From NCBI GenBank assembly GCA_963668025.2, contig CAXXTH010000018.1:224001-288000 (forward strand): DNA of 64,000 nucleotides. Direction: 5' to 3'. Each line of letters starts with the position of its first letter. Position 1 is the stretch's first letter. Made by a program: the position numbers and the translations under genes. The DNA comes from Candidatus Hydrogenedentota bacterium (GTDB lineage: Bacteria; Hydrogenedentota; Hydrogenedentia; Hydrogenedentales; SLHB01). The notes beneath the pieces were generated by a model. It worked only from the letters and a program-made list of their open reading frames with translations. It ran no database searches and had not been told where the DNA came from. This document shows positions 10,049 through 19,340 of the stretch, in pieces.

Positions 10049-10996
10049 ATGAATCCGAATCCGAAAGATGAAATCGCCAATCTGGTGAATACTATCGTCG
10101 CTAGCTACCACGCCGAACCAAAAACACGCCACATTGGCGCGGGCAAACTTCCCAATCACGACGACATTGTCACGGTCATCCATTTGCTGCGGCAGATTTT
10201 GTTTCCGGGCTACTTTGGCAAGCAAGATTTAGAAATAGGCACCGTAGAATACCATGTAGGCGATCTGCTGATTGATATCCATGACCGCCTGCTCGCGCAA
10301 GTGCGCAGTGCGCTGCTTCATGAAGCCGCGCGTTTGGGAGAATCGCCCAGCGACAGTGAAGCCAGGGCGGAGCGTATCGTGAATGATTTTCTTCAGACGA
10401 TTCCGCAATTGCGCGCGGTGCTGGCGACGGATGTCCAAGCGGCTTTCGACGGCGATCCAGCAGCCGGGGACACCGATGAGATCATATTCTCCTATCCTGG
10501 CCTCTTTGCCATTACGGTATACCGGCTTGCCCACGAACTCTACCTGCGTGGAGTGCCGTTAATTCCCCGTATCATGGCCGAGCATGCGCACAGCGCCACG
10601 GGCATTGATATCCATCCAGGCGCTGATATCGATGAATACTTTTTCATTGACCATGGCACAGGCGTTGTCATCGGCGAGACAACCAAGATCGGCAAGCATG
10701 TCAAAATTTATCAAGGAGTCACACTGGGCGCGCTATCCACACGCGGTGGCCAGAAGTTGCGCGGCGTGAAGCGGCATCCTGCGCTCGAAGATGAAGTGAC
10801 CGTCTATTCGGGCGCGTCCATTCTTGGCGGGGAAACTGTCATACGTAAAGGCGTGGTCATTAGCAGCAACGTTTTCGTGACCCAATCCGTTCCGCCCAAT
10901 ACTCGAGTGACCGTGAAAAATCCTGAATTGCAATACCGGGATCAAAAGCCCAAAACATTCAAGCAAGATATGCCGCCTCTCGAATGGCAGATCTAG
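10049..10996 (+). CDS. cysE: Serine O-acetyltransferase (EpsC/CysE type)
   Basis: GDPAA, SYPG, YRLAHEL, TGIDIHPGA, FFIDHGTGVVIGET, YQGVTLG, KRHP. Confidence 0.93.
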   Translation: MNPNPKDEIANLVNTIVASYHAEPKTRHIGAGKLPNHDDIVTVIHLLRQILFPGYFGKQDLEIGTVEYHVGDLLIDIHDRLLAQVRSALLHEAARLGESPSDSEARAERIVNDFLQTIPQLRAVLATDVQAAFDGDPAAGDTDEIIFSYPGLFAITVYRLAHELYLRGVPLIPRIMAEHAHSATGIDIHPGADIDEYFFIDHGTGVVIGETTKIGKHVKIYQGVTLGALSTRGGQKLRGVKRHPALEDEVTVYSGASILGGETVIRKGVVISSNVFVTQSVPPNTRVTVKNPELQYRDQKPKTFKQDMPPLEWQI

Positions 10997-11036
10997 AGCA
11001 GCTCAAGCCCGTGCGCACATGCCGAAGATGAGGCTT

Positions 11037-11175
11037 AGCGCAGCGTAGCCGCAACCAAAGATCCGGATTTTGCACCACGAAGAAACGAAGAACACGAATA
11101 TTTTCCGCAGATGACACAGATGTCACAGATTAAAATCTAGAATTGATATCGTTTTACTTCGTGCTCTTCGTGGTG
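11037..11175. repeat. Extragenic palindromic/short-period repeat element, copy 1
   Basis: AGCGCAGCGTAGCCGCAACCAA; inverted CACCACGAAG../..CTTCGTGGTG arms; internal (CA)CAGAT repeats with 9-bp period. Confidence 0.5.
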
Positions 11176-11352
11176 GAAGTCTGGTCTCTAACGAGTTGAT
11201 GTATATTGATTTACGCAGAAAATCCATGCAAGGAAACTAGATTTCGACAAATAGTAGTTCGAATGAATCATCTCGATATGGCTGCAAGGGCCTTGTCGTT
11301 TTGCCATTCGGATATAGGATGTACGGAAATATCCCTGCCGTCCGTTTTCTAA

Positions 11353-11655
11353 GGGTGTAGCTCTGTTATTACCGCTCCTGGAAGAATATATCATGCGTAC
11401 GTATTGAAGAAATAACGTAAAACCGCCTACCTGTCATCCCCGCGAACGCGGGGATCCAGGGAATTTGCACTGGATTCCCGCTTTCGCGGGAATGACAGCA
11501 AGATAGATTACGGGGTTTTATACAACAAATGCTATTAGGTGGTGAGGCAAATCCACCATGCATTTTGGTTCATCCGCGCGCCCAAGAACGGCTCCAAATA
11601 AGTTGCGGCTATCCCTCGACAAGGCGAACGGAGCGGTAATAACAGAGCTGCACCC
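11353..11655. mobile_element. 303-bp MITE, copy 1, intact
   Basis: 26-bp TIRs GGGTGTAGCTCTGTTATTACCGCTCC / GGAGCGGTAATAACAGAGCTGCACCC; 8-bp TSD TTTTCTAA (11345-11352, 11656-11663); second copy at 48804-49106. Confidence 0.9.
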
Positions 11656-12033
11656 TTTTCTAATAACCTTTGAGCCTTAGCGTCTTTTCGTGTAATAGAA
11701 ATCTAGATTAATTTTACTTATCGCATGAGCCAAAATCATTATGTCCCGCATACTCGTGGCGCGGAAATCCTGAAACACAACGAACGAGTCGTAACTATAT
11801 GCTGAGGAAAAACCTGCTCAAGATGGCCAAAAAGATACCTGATTCTATTCCGCCTCCAATATCATAGAGCCTCCTCCTCCTAATCAGCCGCCTTCTGTTT
11901 CAAAAATAGCCGCCTATTTCCATTTCATTCAAACAAGTAAAAAACCGTAAATATATGTACTTAAAAGACTTACTAGAACTTAGCTTTAAGAAGACAAGGA
12001 TACAGACCGAAAAGAATAAGTATTTCGATTTAT

Positions 12034-12066
12034 ATACTTGACTTTACTCGCTAGGTATGATATTGT
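12034..12066 (+). promoter_or_regulatory. Sigma70 promoter of the nitrogenase-like operon overlapped by an IscR/Rrf2 type-1-like operator
   Basis: TTGACT(12038)-N17-TATTGT(12061) with extended TG; 25-mer ATACTTGACTTTACTCGCTAGGTAT (12034-12058) resembles ATASYYGACTRWWWYAGTCRRSTAT. Confidence 0.55.
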
Positions 12067-12110
12067 TTAGTAATCACAAGTAAATAAATCATATTTATCG
12101 GGTTTACGGT

Positions 12111-12992
12111 ATGGCGATCGATCAACAACACACATTCGCACATCTGGTCCGGCGCCATCCGTGCTACAACCCGGAGGCCCATGGGCGGCTTGGACGTATT
12201 CATCTGCCTGTGAGCTCTTCGTGCAACATCCGGTGCCGTTTTTGCCGGCGCTCCTTCAATGCGGAGGAGCATAGGCCGGGGGTAAGCCGGAAAGTGCTGG
12301 CGCCGGAGCAGGCGATGAAGGTGCTCGAACGGGCGTTGCGGCTTTGCCCGGCGATTTCAGTGGTGCGCGTGGCGGGGCCGGGCGAATCGCTGGCGACGGA
12401 GCATGCGCTTATCACGCTTGCTATGGCGCATGAACGCCACCCAGATTTGATTGGGTGCTTAAGTACGAACGGCCTGCGGCTCGCGGAGCATGTGGATGCG
12501 ATAGTGGCGGCAGGCGTATGCACGGTGTCGGTGACCGTCAATGCCGTCGAGCCGGAGATCTTGCAGCATATATGCGGCGGGGTGGAGGACCAAGGGCGTC
12601 TGAAGACGGGCGTAGAAGGAGCGGAAACGCTGATATCGGCGCAGCTCGAGGGAATTCGTTTGGCGGCAGGCCGGGGCCTTGTGGTGAAAACGAATATGGT
12701 GTTGATTCCAGAGGTGAATGATGGCCATGTCGGAGCGGTGGCGCGGACGATGGCGGAAGCGGGCGCGAGCCTGATTAACGTGCTTCCACTCATCCCTGAA
12801 CATGAAATGGCTTATATGCAAGCGCCGGATTGCCATGCAGTGAATGCGGCGCGGGAAGTAGCGGAGCAGTATTTGCCCGTATTCCGGCATTGCCGACAGT
12901 GCAGGGCGGATGCATGCGGGATTCCAGGAGCAGGCGTGGATTTCGCCGAGCAGTTATACGAGCAGCGAGTGGAAACCTTTTCACATGGGTGA
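12111..12992 (+). CDS. NifB/MarB-like radical SAM cluster-assembly protein, no fused NifX domain
   Basis: HPCY, CNIRCRFC, EHRPG, AGPGE, STNG, TVTVN-like SVTVN, HCRQCRADA. Confidence 0.88.
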   Translation: MAIDQQHTFAHLVRRHPCYNPEAHGRLGRIHLPVSSSCNIRCRFCRRSFNAEEHRPGVSRKVLAPEQAMKVLERALRLCPAISVVRVAGPGESLATEHALITLAMAHERHPDLIGCLSTNGLRLAEHVDAIVAAGVCTVSVTVNAVEPEILQHICGGVEDQGRLKTGVEGAETLISAQLEGIRLAAGRGLVVKTNMVLIPEVNDGHVGAVARTMAEAGASLINVLPLIPEHEMAYMQAPDCHAVNAAREVAEQYLPVFRHCRQCRADACGIPGAGVDFAEQLYEQRVETFSHG

Positions 12993-13001
12993 ATCGAGGA
13001 G

Positions 13002-14477
13002 ATGGTGATTATGCCGCTAGTGAAGCCGGTGGAAACCAGGGAATCGCGTTTACAGTCAACGGTGGCGTATGGGGGCGGATGCCACGGGCTGGCCAATGGC
13101 GGCAAATGCCGTTGCCTGAAGCGCTTGGATAGGCGCTTTTCTCAAGCAACCGTATGCCAGGAATGGTACAGCTTGTTCACGCTGCTGACGGTGCGCAACG
13201 CCGCCGTGGTGGTACATGGGCCGGTGGGATGCGTGAGCAGCGGCGCCACCATGAACATTTTCAGCAGGCTGGGCCAGGAGGCCCGCGGGCATGAAAAAAT
13301 CCGTAGCGCGCGCTGGTTTTCGACCAATTTGGCGGAAATCGACACCATTCATGGCGGCGAGGCGAAACTGCGCGCCACAGTGCATGCCATCGAGCAGCGC
13401 TATCACCCTGAAGCTATTTTCATCTTTACGACGTGCGTGTCTGGAATCATTGGTGATCCGATGGCGGATATCGTGAATCAGCTTCAGGAAGAAGTGCAGG
13501 CGCGGCTGGTCCTCAGCCAATGCGAAGGATTTCGCACATCGGTCTGGGCGACGGGCTTCGATGCGGCGTTTCACGGGATCATTCATTACCTCCTGGAAGA
13601 GCGCCCGGAAAAGGAGCCGGATTTGGTGAATATCATCACACCGCTGACCGTGGGGCGGCTGGATGAATTGGAATTGGAACGATTGCTTCATCAATTGGGC
13701 CTGCGTCCCAATTTCGTACCGTGCTACGCAGGCATTGAAGATTTAAAACGTACGGTAAGCGCGGCGGCGACGGCTGCGGCTTGCTTAACCTATGGCGATT
13801 ATTTCGCACGCGCACTTTCGGAGCGGTATGGCGTGCCCCATATTCGGGAAGTCATGCCATTGGGCATTGCGAGCACGGATCGGTGGCTTCTGGAACTGGC
13901 GCCGCTTTTAGGAAAAGAAGCCGAGGCGGAAGCCTTGATTGCACGGGAGCATGAGCGTATCGCTCCGCGTCTTGAAGAATTGAGGAAACGCTTGGCGGGT
14001 AAGCGGGTGTTTGTCAGCGCGGGACAGGCCCGCGCCACCACGATGGCGGCCATGTCGAAAGAATTGGGCTTCGAGATCGTGGGGGCCACGATTTACCACT
14101 ACGACGAAGTAATTGAACAGAGCATGCAGCGCCTGGCGCAAACGTGCGGCGATTTCGCAGTGAATGTGGCGAATGTGCAGCCGTTCGAGCAGGCGAATTT
14201 GCTCCAGCGGCTGAAACCCGACTTATACATGGCGGATGAGATGACGACGGTATGGGCGGCCCGCCAAGGCATCGCCACAATGATGATCTACGACTATGGC
14301 ATGAATTATTTGGGGTACAACGGCCTTCTGGCCACGGGCGGGCGGATGGCGCAAGCAATGGATAATTCGAGCTTCAATGTGAAGCTGGCCCGGTACAATC
14401 CGCTGCCATACCGCTCATCCTGGTATAACGCGGACCCCTTTAAATACATCACAACGCCAGGAGGCCAGAACATATGA
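13002..14477 (+). CDS. Nitrogenase-like component 1 alpha subunit (group IV NflD, MarD-related)
   Basis: RESRL..FSQ..C52, HGPVGC77, STNL, GGEAKL, TTC145, CEGF..WATGFDA, C261, QPFEQANLL, LPY. Confidence 0.85.
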   Translation: MVIMPLVKPVETRESRLQSTVAYGGGCHGLANGGKCRCLKRLDRRFSQATVCQEWYSLFTLLTVRNAAVVVHGPVGCVSSGATMNIFSRLGQEARGHEKIRSARWFSTNLAEIDTIHGGEAKLRATVHAIEQRYHPEAIFIFTTCVSGIIGDPMADIVNQLQEEVQARLVLSQCEGFRTSVWATGFDAAFHGIIHYLLEERPEKEPDLVNIITPLTVGRLDELELERLLHQLGLRPNFVPCYAGIEDLKRTVSAAATAAACLTYGDYFARALSERYGVPHIREVMPLGIASTDRWLLELAPLLGKEAEAEALIAREHERIAPRLEELRKRLAGKRVFVSAGQARATTMAAMSKELGFEIVGATIYHYDEVIEQSMQRLAQTCGDFAVNVANVQPFEQANLLQRLKPDLYMADEMTTVWAARQGIATMMIYDYGMNYLGYNGLLATGGRMAQAMDNSSFNVKLARYNPLPYRSSWYNADPFKYITTPGGQNI

Positions 14478-15784
14478 GCACAGAACAGCATTTGGTCGAG
14501 AATCCCCGGTATTCGTGCGCGCTCGGCGGCGCACTGGCGACGGCCACGGCCATGCACCGGGTGGTGCCCATCCTGCATGGCGGCCCCGGATGCGGGCTCC
14601 AAGTGTATAACGGACAGAATTATGTAGCAGGCTACCAAGGACCGGCGTATATCGGCGGCTCGGCTGTGCCCAGCACGAACACAGTGGAGCGCGAAGTGGT
14701 GTTCGGCGGCGAACAAAAGCTCCATGCGCTGCTCCGCTCCGCCATCGAGCTTATAGATGGCGATTTGTACCTCGTGCTGACCGGTTGCACGGCGGAGATC
14801 ATCGGCGATGATGTAGCGGCCGTGGTGGCGGAATACCGGCGGGAAGGGCGCAACGTGGCTTATGCGGAAACCGGCGGATTCAAAGGTAATACGCTGCTCG
14901 GTTATGAACTGGTGTGGAAGGGGCTGCTGCGCCAAGTCGTGGAGCGGCGTCCTCGCGATCCCAAGCTGGTGAATCTATTTGGCGTCATACCCGCGCAAGA
15001 TATTTTCTGGGAGGGCGGCCTCCAGGAGATCGCCCGGCTGCTCGAAGCGCTCGGCTTGCACGTACATACGTTTTATACCAACCGGCAAGGCGTCGAGGAA
15101 ATAAAGAATTCGTCCGCCGCCGCGCTCAATATCGTGCTAAATCCTTGGCTGGGCGCGGATCTTGCCGCGCAGTATGAAAAAGCGTACAGAGTTCCATCGC
15201 TTCGGTTTGACGGCATGCCGGTGGGCCCCACGGAAACGAGCGCCTTCTTGCGCACCGTGGGGGAAGCGCTTGGCCTGTCCACGGAGGCAGTGAACGCCGT
15301 AATCGAACGTGAAACGCAGGCGGTGTATGACCAATTCGCCAAGGCGTCGCTGGCGGTGACGGGGTTTGGATTCCAGCACCGGGTGGCCATTATTGGAGAA
15401 AGCGGGCCCGCGCTCAATCTGGCGCGCTTTCTTTCCAATGATTTCGGGCAGATTTTAGCCGCCGTGGCGATCACGGACGATCCGCCGGAGCCGGTGCGGG
15501 AGCGGCTGGCCGCGGCACTCGGCTCTTTGGAATTCGGCCCTATTCCAGAAGTGATCTTCACCTCGGAGCAATCCACGATCTGGGAACACATCCGCCAAAC
15601 GGAGCCGACGTACATTATCGGCAGTTCACTCGATAAGGATCTTGCCCAGGAACTGGGGGTGCTGCATCTGAGCGCCACATTCCCAGTCACGGACCGGGTC
15701 GTGCTTAACCGTTCTTACACAGGGTATCGCGGCTGCGTGACCCTGGTGGAAGACTTCATTGCGCAAGCAATCACGGCGTTATGA
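14474..15784 (+). CDS. Nitrogenase-like component 1 beta subunit (NflK, MarK-related)
   Basis: PRYSC15ALGG, HGGPGC40, PSTNTVEREVVFGGE, LTGC105..IIGDD, ETGGFKG, FPVTDR, GYRG; ATGA overlap with NflD. Confidence 0.85.
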   Translation: MSTEQHLVENPRYSCALGGALATATAMHRVVPILHGGPGCGLQVYNGQNYVAGYQGPAYIGGSAVPSTNTVEREVVFGGEQKLHALLRSAIELIDGDLYLVLTGCTAEIIGDDVAAVVAEYRREGRNVAYAETGGFKGNTLLGYELVWKGLLRQVVERRPRDPKLVNLFGVIPAQDIFWEGGLQEIARLLEALGLHVHTFYTNRQGVEEIKNSSAAALNIVLNPWLGADLAAQYEKAYRVPSLRFDGMPVGPTETSAFLRTVGEALGLSTEAVNAVIERETQAVYDQFAKASLAVTGFGFQHRVAIIGESGPALNLARFLSNDFGQILAAVAITDDPPEPVRERLAAALGSLEFGPIPEVIFTSEQSTIWEHIRQTEPTYIIGSSLDKDLAQELGVLHLSATFPVTDRVVLNRSYTGYRGCVTLVEDFIAQAITAL

Positions 15785-15932
15785 AGGAGTGGCAAAACTG
15801 AACCTACAAGGAGACGAGTCATGTATGAACGATGTCGAATGCAAACGCTGGGCTTAATGGCGAATCGAACGAAGGAATCTATACGGACGCTGCTCATTCG
15901 ATGGCGCGGACCGGGAACAAGGAGAAAAGAAT

Positions 15933-17378
15933 ATGGGCGTCGCAGTAGCACCTGAAACCATTCGAGCAGAGTCATATGGCCTCAAGGACCAAATCCTCTC
16001 GCCACTCGAGACCTTGGCGCAGTCCATTGCAAACATTGCGCCAACGGCCACGCCGACGGTAGTCATTCCATTGGTGTTTGCCTTATCCGGCAATGGAACC
16101 TGGCTTGCCTACCTCATCGCCACCGTCGCCATGCTGTTTGTGGCGTCGAACATCAACCATTTCGCCCGGCGTTCCGCATCGCCTGGCTCGTTGTACACCT
16201 ATATCGCCACGGGGCTAGGCCCAAGCTGGGGCGTTCTGGCGGGTTGGTCGCTGGTGATCGCGTACATCGGATGCGCATCCGCCGTCACCAGCGGATTCGC
16301 CAATTACGCCAATGTGTTTCTCCTAGCTACGGTGGGATTTGAGCTTCCGCCAGTCCTTTTGATCGCGCTCAGCGTGGCGCTTTCGTGGCTGGTGGCGTAT
16401 AAGGACATCCAGCTTTCCGCACGGCTCATGCTGGTGCTCGAGCTGTCCTCCGTGAGCTTGATCCTGTTGCTGGTGGCCATCACCCTCGTGCGGTTTGGCT
16501 TCCGCCTGGATCTTTCGCAAATCACGCTGGAAGGCGTGACTCCCACGAGCCTTCGCCTGGGCTTGGTGCTCGCCATGTTCAGCTTCGTGGGATTCGAGAG
16601 CGCGACAGCATTGGGCACGGAAGCGCGCAATCCACTGCGCAATATCCCCCGGGCCGTTGTCCTCAGTGCGGTAATCGTCGGAAGCTTGTTTGTGATTGCG
16701 ACGTATGCCGAGGTCATTGGCTTCACGGGTTCTAGCGAGACGCTAGGTGCGAGTTCCGCGCCGCTGCATGTGCTCGCGGAACGAGGAGGAGCGCCTTTCT
16801 TGGGCCTTCTCGTGGACCTAGGCGCGGTGGTGAGCCTGTTCGCATGCACGCTCGCCAGCATCAATGCCGGTGCGCGCGTTCTCTTCCTCATGGGCCGCCA
16901 CGGCATTTTCCATGCTTCCGTGGGCGGCGCGCATGATACGAATGAAACGCCTCACATCGCCGTGACCATTTCCACCGTGCTGGCGTTCCTTCCCGCGGCG
17001 TTCCTCGCCCTGCGCGGCGTCGCCATGTTCGACATTTATGGATGGGTGGGCACTGTTTGCACATTGGGATTCCTGGTGGCGTACGTCATCGTTTCGGTGG
17101 CTGCTCCAGTCTATTTGCGCCGCCGAGGCGAACTACGCCTGCACCATGTGGCGGTGGCTGCGCTGGCCGTGGGCCTTTTGGTCCTGGCTATCGCCGGGAA
17201 CCTCTACCCCGTGCCTCCAGCTCCCCTAAATTGGCTCCCCTATCTGTATTTCGGCCTGCTGCTGTCTGGCGCCGTATGGCTCATGGTGCTGCGCTACTTC
17301 GCACCCAATGTGATCATCCGTATCCAAGATGACGTGGCGGCCATCCGTGAACGGTTCAGTGATGGGGGCGGCATTTGA
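15933..17378 (+). CDS. APC-family amino acid/amine permease
   Basis: ~12 hydrophobic segments, AQSIANIAPT, PGSLYTY, FSFVGFESA, EARNPLRNIPRA. Confidence 0.9.
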   Translation: MGVAVAPETIRAESYGLKDQILSPLETLAQSIANIAPTATPTVVIPLVFALSGNGTWLAYLIATVAMLFVASNINHFARRSASPGSLYTYIATGLGPSWGVLAGWSLVIAYIGCASAVTSGFANYANVFLLATVGFELPPVLLIALSVALSWLVAYKDIQLSARLMLVLELSSVSLILLLVAITLVRFGFRLDLSQITLEGVTPTSLRLGLVLAMFSFVGFESATALGTEARNPLRNIPRAVVLSAVIVGSLFVIATYAEVIGFTGSSETLGASSAPLHVLAERGGAPFLGLLVDLGAVVSLFACTLASINAGARVLFLMGRHGIFHASVGGAHDTNETPHIAVTISTVLAFLPAAFLALRGVAMFDIYGWVGTVCTLGFLVAYVIVSVAAPVYLRRRGELRLHHVAVAALAVGLLVLAIAGNLYPVPPAPLNWLPYLYFGLLLSGAVWLMVLRYFAPNVIIRIQDDVAAIRERFSDGGGI

Positions 17379-17430
17379 ATTATCCAGCGTGTGCCGAACA
17401 GGCGGAATAAGCCCGAGGAGGATCATCAAA

Positions 17431-17625
17431 ATGGCATATGCACATAATTATGACAATAGGCCTCCAATTTATCGATGGGAACGGCTGTTTAAGCGATTTC
17501 CAAAAAACGAGGCAAAAAACGAGCCGCATATGCTGCGCTCTCTCGAAGACGCCGTGACGCTTGTTCAACAACAGTACCCACACAATACCCGCACTCTCGT
17601 GGTGAAACTGGGTTCACCCGAGTAA
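17431..17625 (+). CDS. Small hypothetical protein (64 aa)
   Basis: GAGGAGG RBS 9 nt before ATG 17431; co-oriented inside the operon. Confidence 0.45.
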   Translation: MAYAHNYDNRPPIYRWERLFKRFPKNEAKNEPHMLRSLEDAVTLVQQQYPHNTRTLVVKLGSPE

Positions 17626-17706
17626 AGCAGGCCTGGCGGGCGGGACTATTGGGGGGTTGGCCCGCCAGGATTTTGGTCAGAAGAGCAAGAACGAAAGGGA
17701 AGTGCC

Positions 17707-19266
17707 ATGACGAAACGAATCTTATTTCTAACGCTGCTGGCCGGACTTTTGCCGCTGCCCGCCATAGCCGAATTGCAGAACGTCGAGATAGGCGGCAAAC
17801 TCCAAATACGTGGGAATTGGTACACCAATTATTTGGCCAGTCCGGATGGAGCCCGCCTGCGGTGGCCTGGCAATTGGCTTGCTGGGCGCGCCATAGGCTC
17901 CTCGGATGGAAGCATCTGGAGCGCCTTTTCCTGGGACAAAGACAGCAATAGCTCCCGCGATGTGAACCAGCGGACCCGGCTAAGCGCCAAGGCCGATTTT
18001 ACAGGTGAGGTGACAGGGCTCATCGAGTTCGACAGTTATGACACCTGGGGTGAGGATTTCCGCTCGAACCACATCACGGGCGCGGATTTTCGCCAAAACT
18101 CGGCGGCGGATGATGTCTCGGTATATCAAGCTTATATCGAGGCGCGCGAATTAGGCGGATTGCCCCTTACGCTCAAAGTCGGGCGGCAGGAAGTGCTGCT
18201 TGGCAGCGGATGGCTTATCGGAACGAATGACACTGGTTCTATTTTCACCGGGCTTTCGTTTGACGCGGTAGCGCTGGTATACGCTCAAGACCCTGTGCAA
18301 ATCGTTGGCTTCTGGGCAAAAGGCTATGATGGCGGCCTTGCGGAAGAAGACGGCGATGTGGACCTCTACGGCGTATACGGCACGTACACCGGGCTTGAGA
18401 ACCAGGCCTTTGATGCGTACTGGATCTTGGGCCGCGATGCGCGCAGTGTCAATGACACCAATTTTAGCTGGGTGGGGGAAACCGTTGAAGGCTTTCTTGG
18501 GCTAGATGACTATAATGTTACCAATCTGCATACGGTCGGCCTCCGCGGAAGTGGCAAGATCGGCGCGTTTGATTATGAAGCGGAAGCCGCATATCAGTTT
18601 GGAGATGCAAGCCAGGAAGGCTCCCTGTTCAAGTTGGGCTTCTATGGCGATGACGATGCTTCTTTTGATGCGCTGGGTGCGAATTTGGAGTTGGGCTACA
18701 CATTCGACACCGCGTGGTCGCCTCGCTTGTTCTTGGGCGGCGCCTATTTCAGCGGTGAAGACAACCGCTCGACATCGTTCTGGGATCAGTTTAATCCCTT
18801 CCGGGAGCCCAAGGCGAGCGTGAGTTTTGACCGCTTGTTCTCGAACTGGGGCTACAGTGAGTTTCTAGATTTCACGGAACTCTCTAACATCTATGTCTTG
18901 AGATCAGGCGTGGTGGCGAAACCCACGGAAGCGCTGACCTTAAAACTGCTCCTCAGCTACTTCAATACGGTCGAGCCCTTTGAAGCCCCTGTAACCTTCA
19001 ATCTGGGTGGTTATCAGATTCCCATTGCTCCAGGCCTGGGGTGGTGGACCAAGGAAAATCCTTCGGATTTGGGCTGGGAGGCCGAGGTTATCGCCAACTA
19101 TCAGTACACCGAAGACCTGTCTTTCGAGGTGGGCTGGGCGCACTTGTTCGTGGGCGACGGCTTAGCCTCGGGCGCGTTTAATTCCAATAATGGACTGGCT
19201 TTTACGGGCGGTTCAGGAAGCGACGACTCAGATTACCTCTATGCGGAGACCAAACTTAAATTCTAG
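17707..19266 (+). CDS. Outer-membrane beta-barrel porin (alginate-export-like family)
   Basis: Signal peptide, QRTRL, YQAYI, KVGRQE, FDA, amphipathic strands, C-terminal YAETKLKF. Confidence 0.8.
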   Translation: MTKRILFLTLLAGLLPLPAIAELQNVEIGGKLQIRGNWYTNYLASPDGARLRWPGNWLAGRAIGSSDGSIWSAFSWDKDSNSSRDVNQRTRLSAKADFTGEVTGLIEFDSYDTWGEDFRSNHITGADFRQNSAADDVSVYQAYIEARELGGLPLTLKVGRQEVLLGSGWLIGTNDTGSIFTGLSFDAVALVYAQDPVQIVGFWAKGYDGGLAEEDGDVDLYGVYGTYTGLENQAFDAYWILGRDARSVNDTNFSWVGETVEGFLGLDDYNVTNLHTVGLRGSGKIGAFDYEAEAAYQFGDASQEGSLFKLGFYGDDDASFDALGANLELGYTFDTAWSPRLFLGGAYFSGEDNRSTSFWDQFNPFREPKASVSFDRLFSNWGYSEFLDFTELSNIYVLRSGVVAKPTEALTLKLLLSYFNTVEPFEAPVTFNLGGYQIPIAPGLGWWTKENPSDLGWEAEVIANYQYTEDLSFEVGWAHLFVGDGLASGAFNSNNGLAFTGGSGSDDSDYLYAETKLKF

Positions 19267-19340
19267 ATAAGCGCGGAATGGCGGAGCGCCAGGCTTCTTA
19301 ATACGGAAAAGAATGGCGCTCCGCCCTAAGGAGAAGCGTT

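Noticed and set aside
11660-12030. SAM or other riboswitch upstream of the nitrogenase-like operon
   Set aside because: No recognisable aptamer core; the predicted promoter leaves only a ~40-nt leader
15821-15955. 44-aa ORF between nflK and the permease
   Set aside because: An AAGGAG precedes it, but it overlaps the permease start and has no recognisable features; too weak to call
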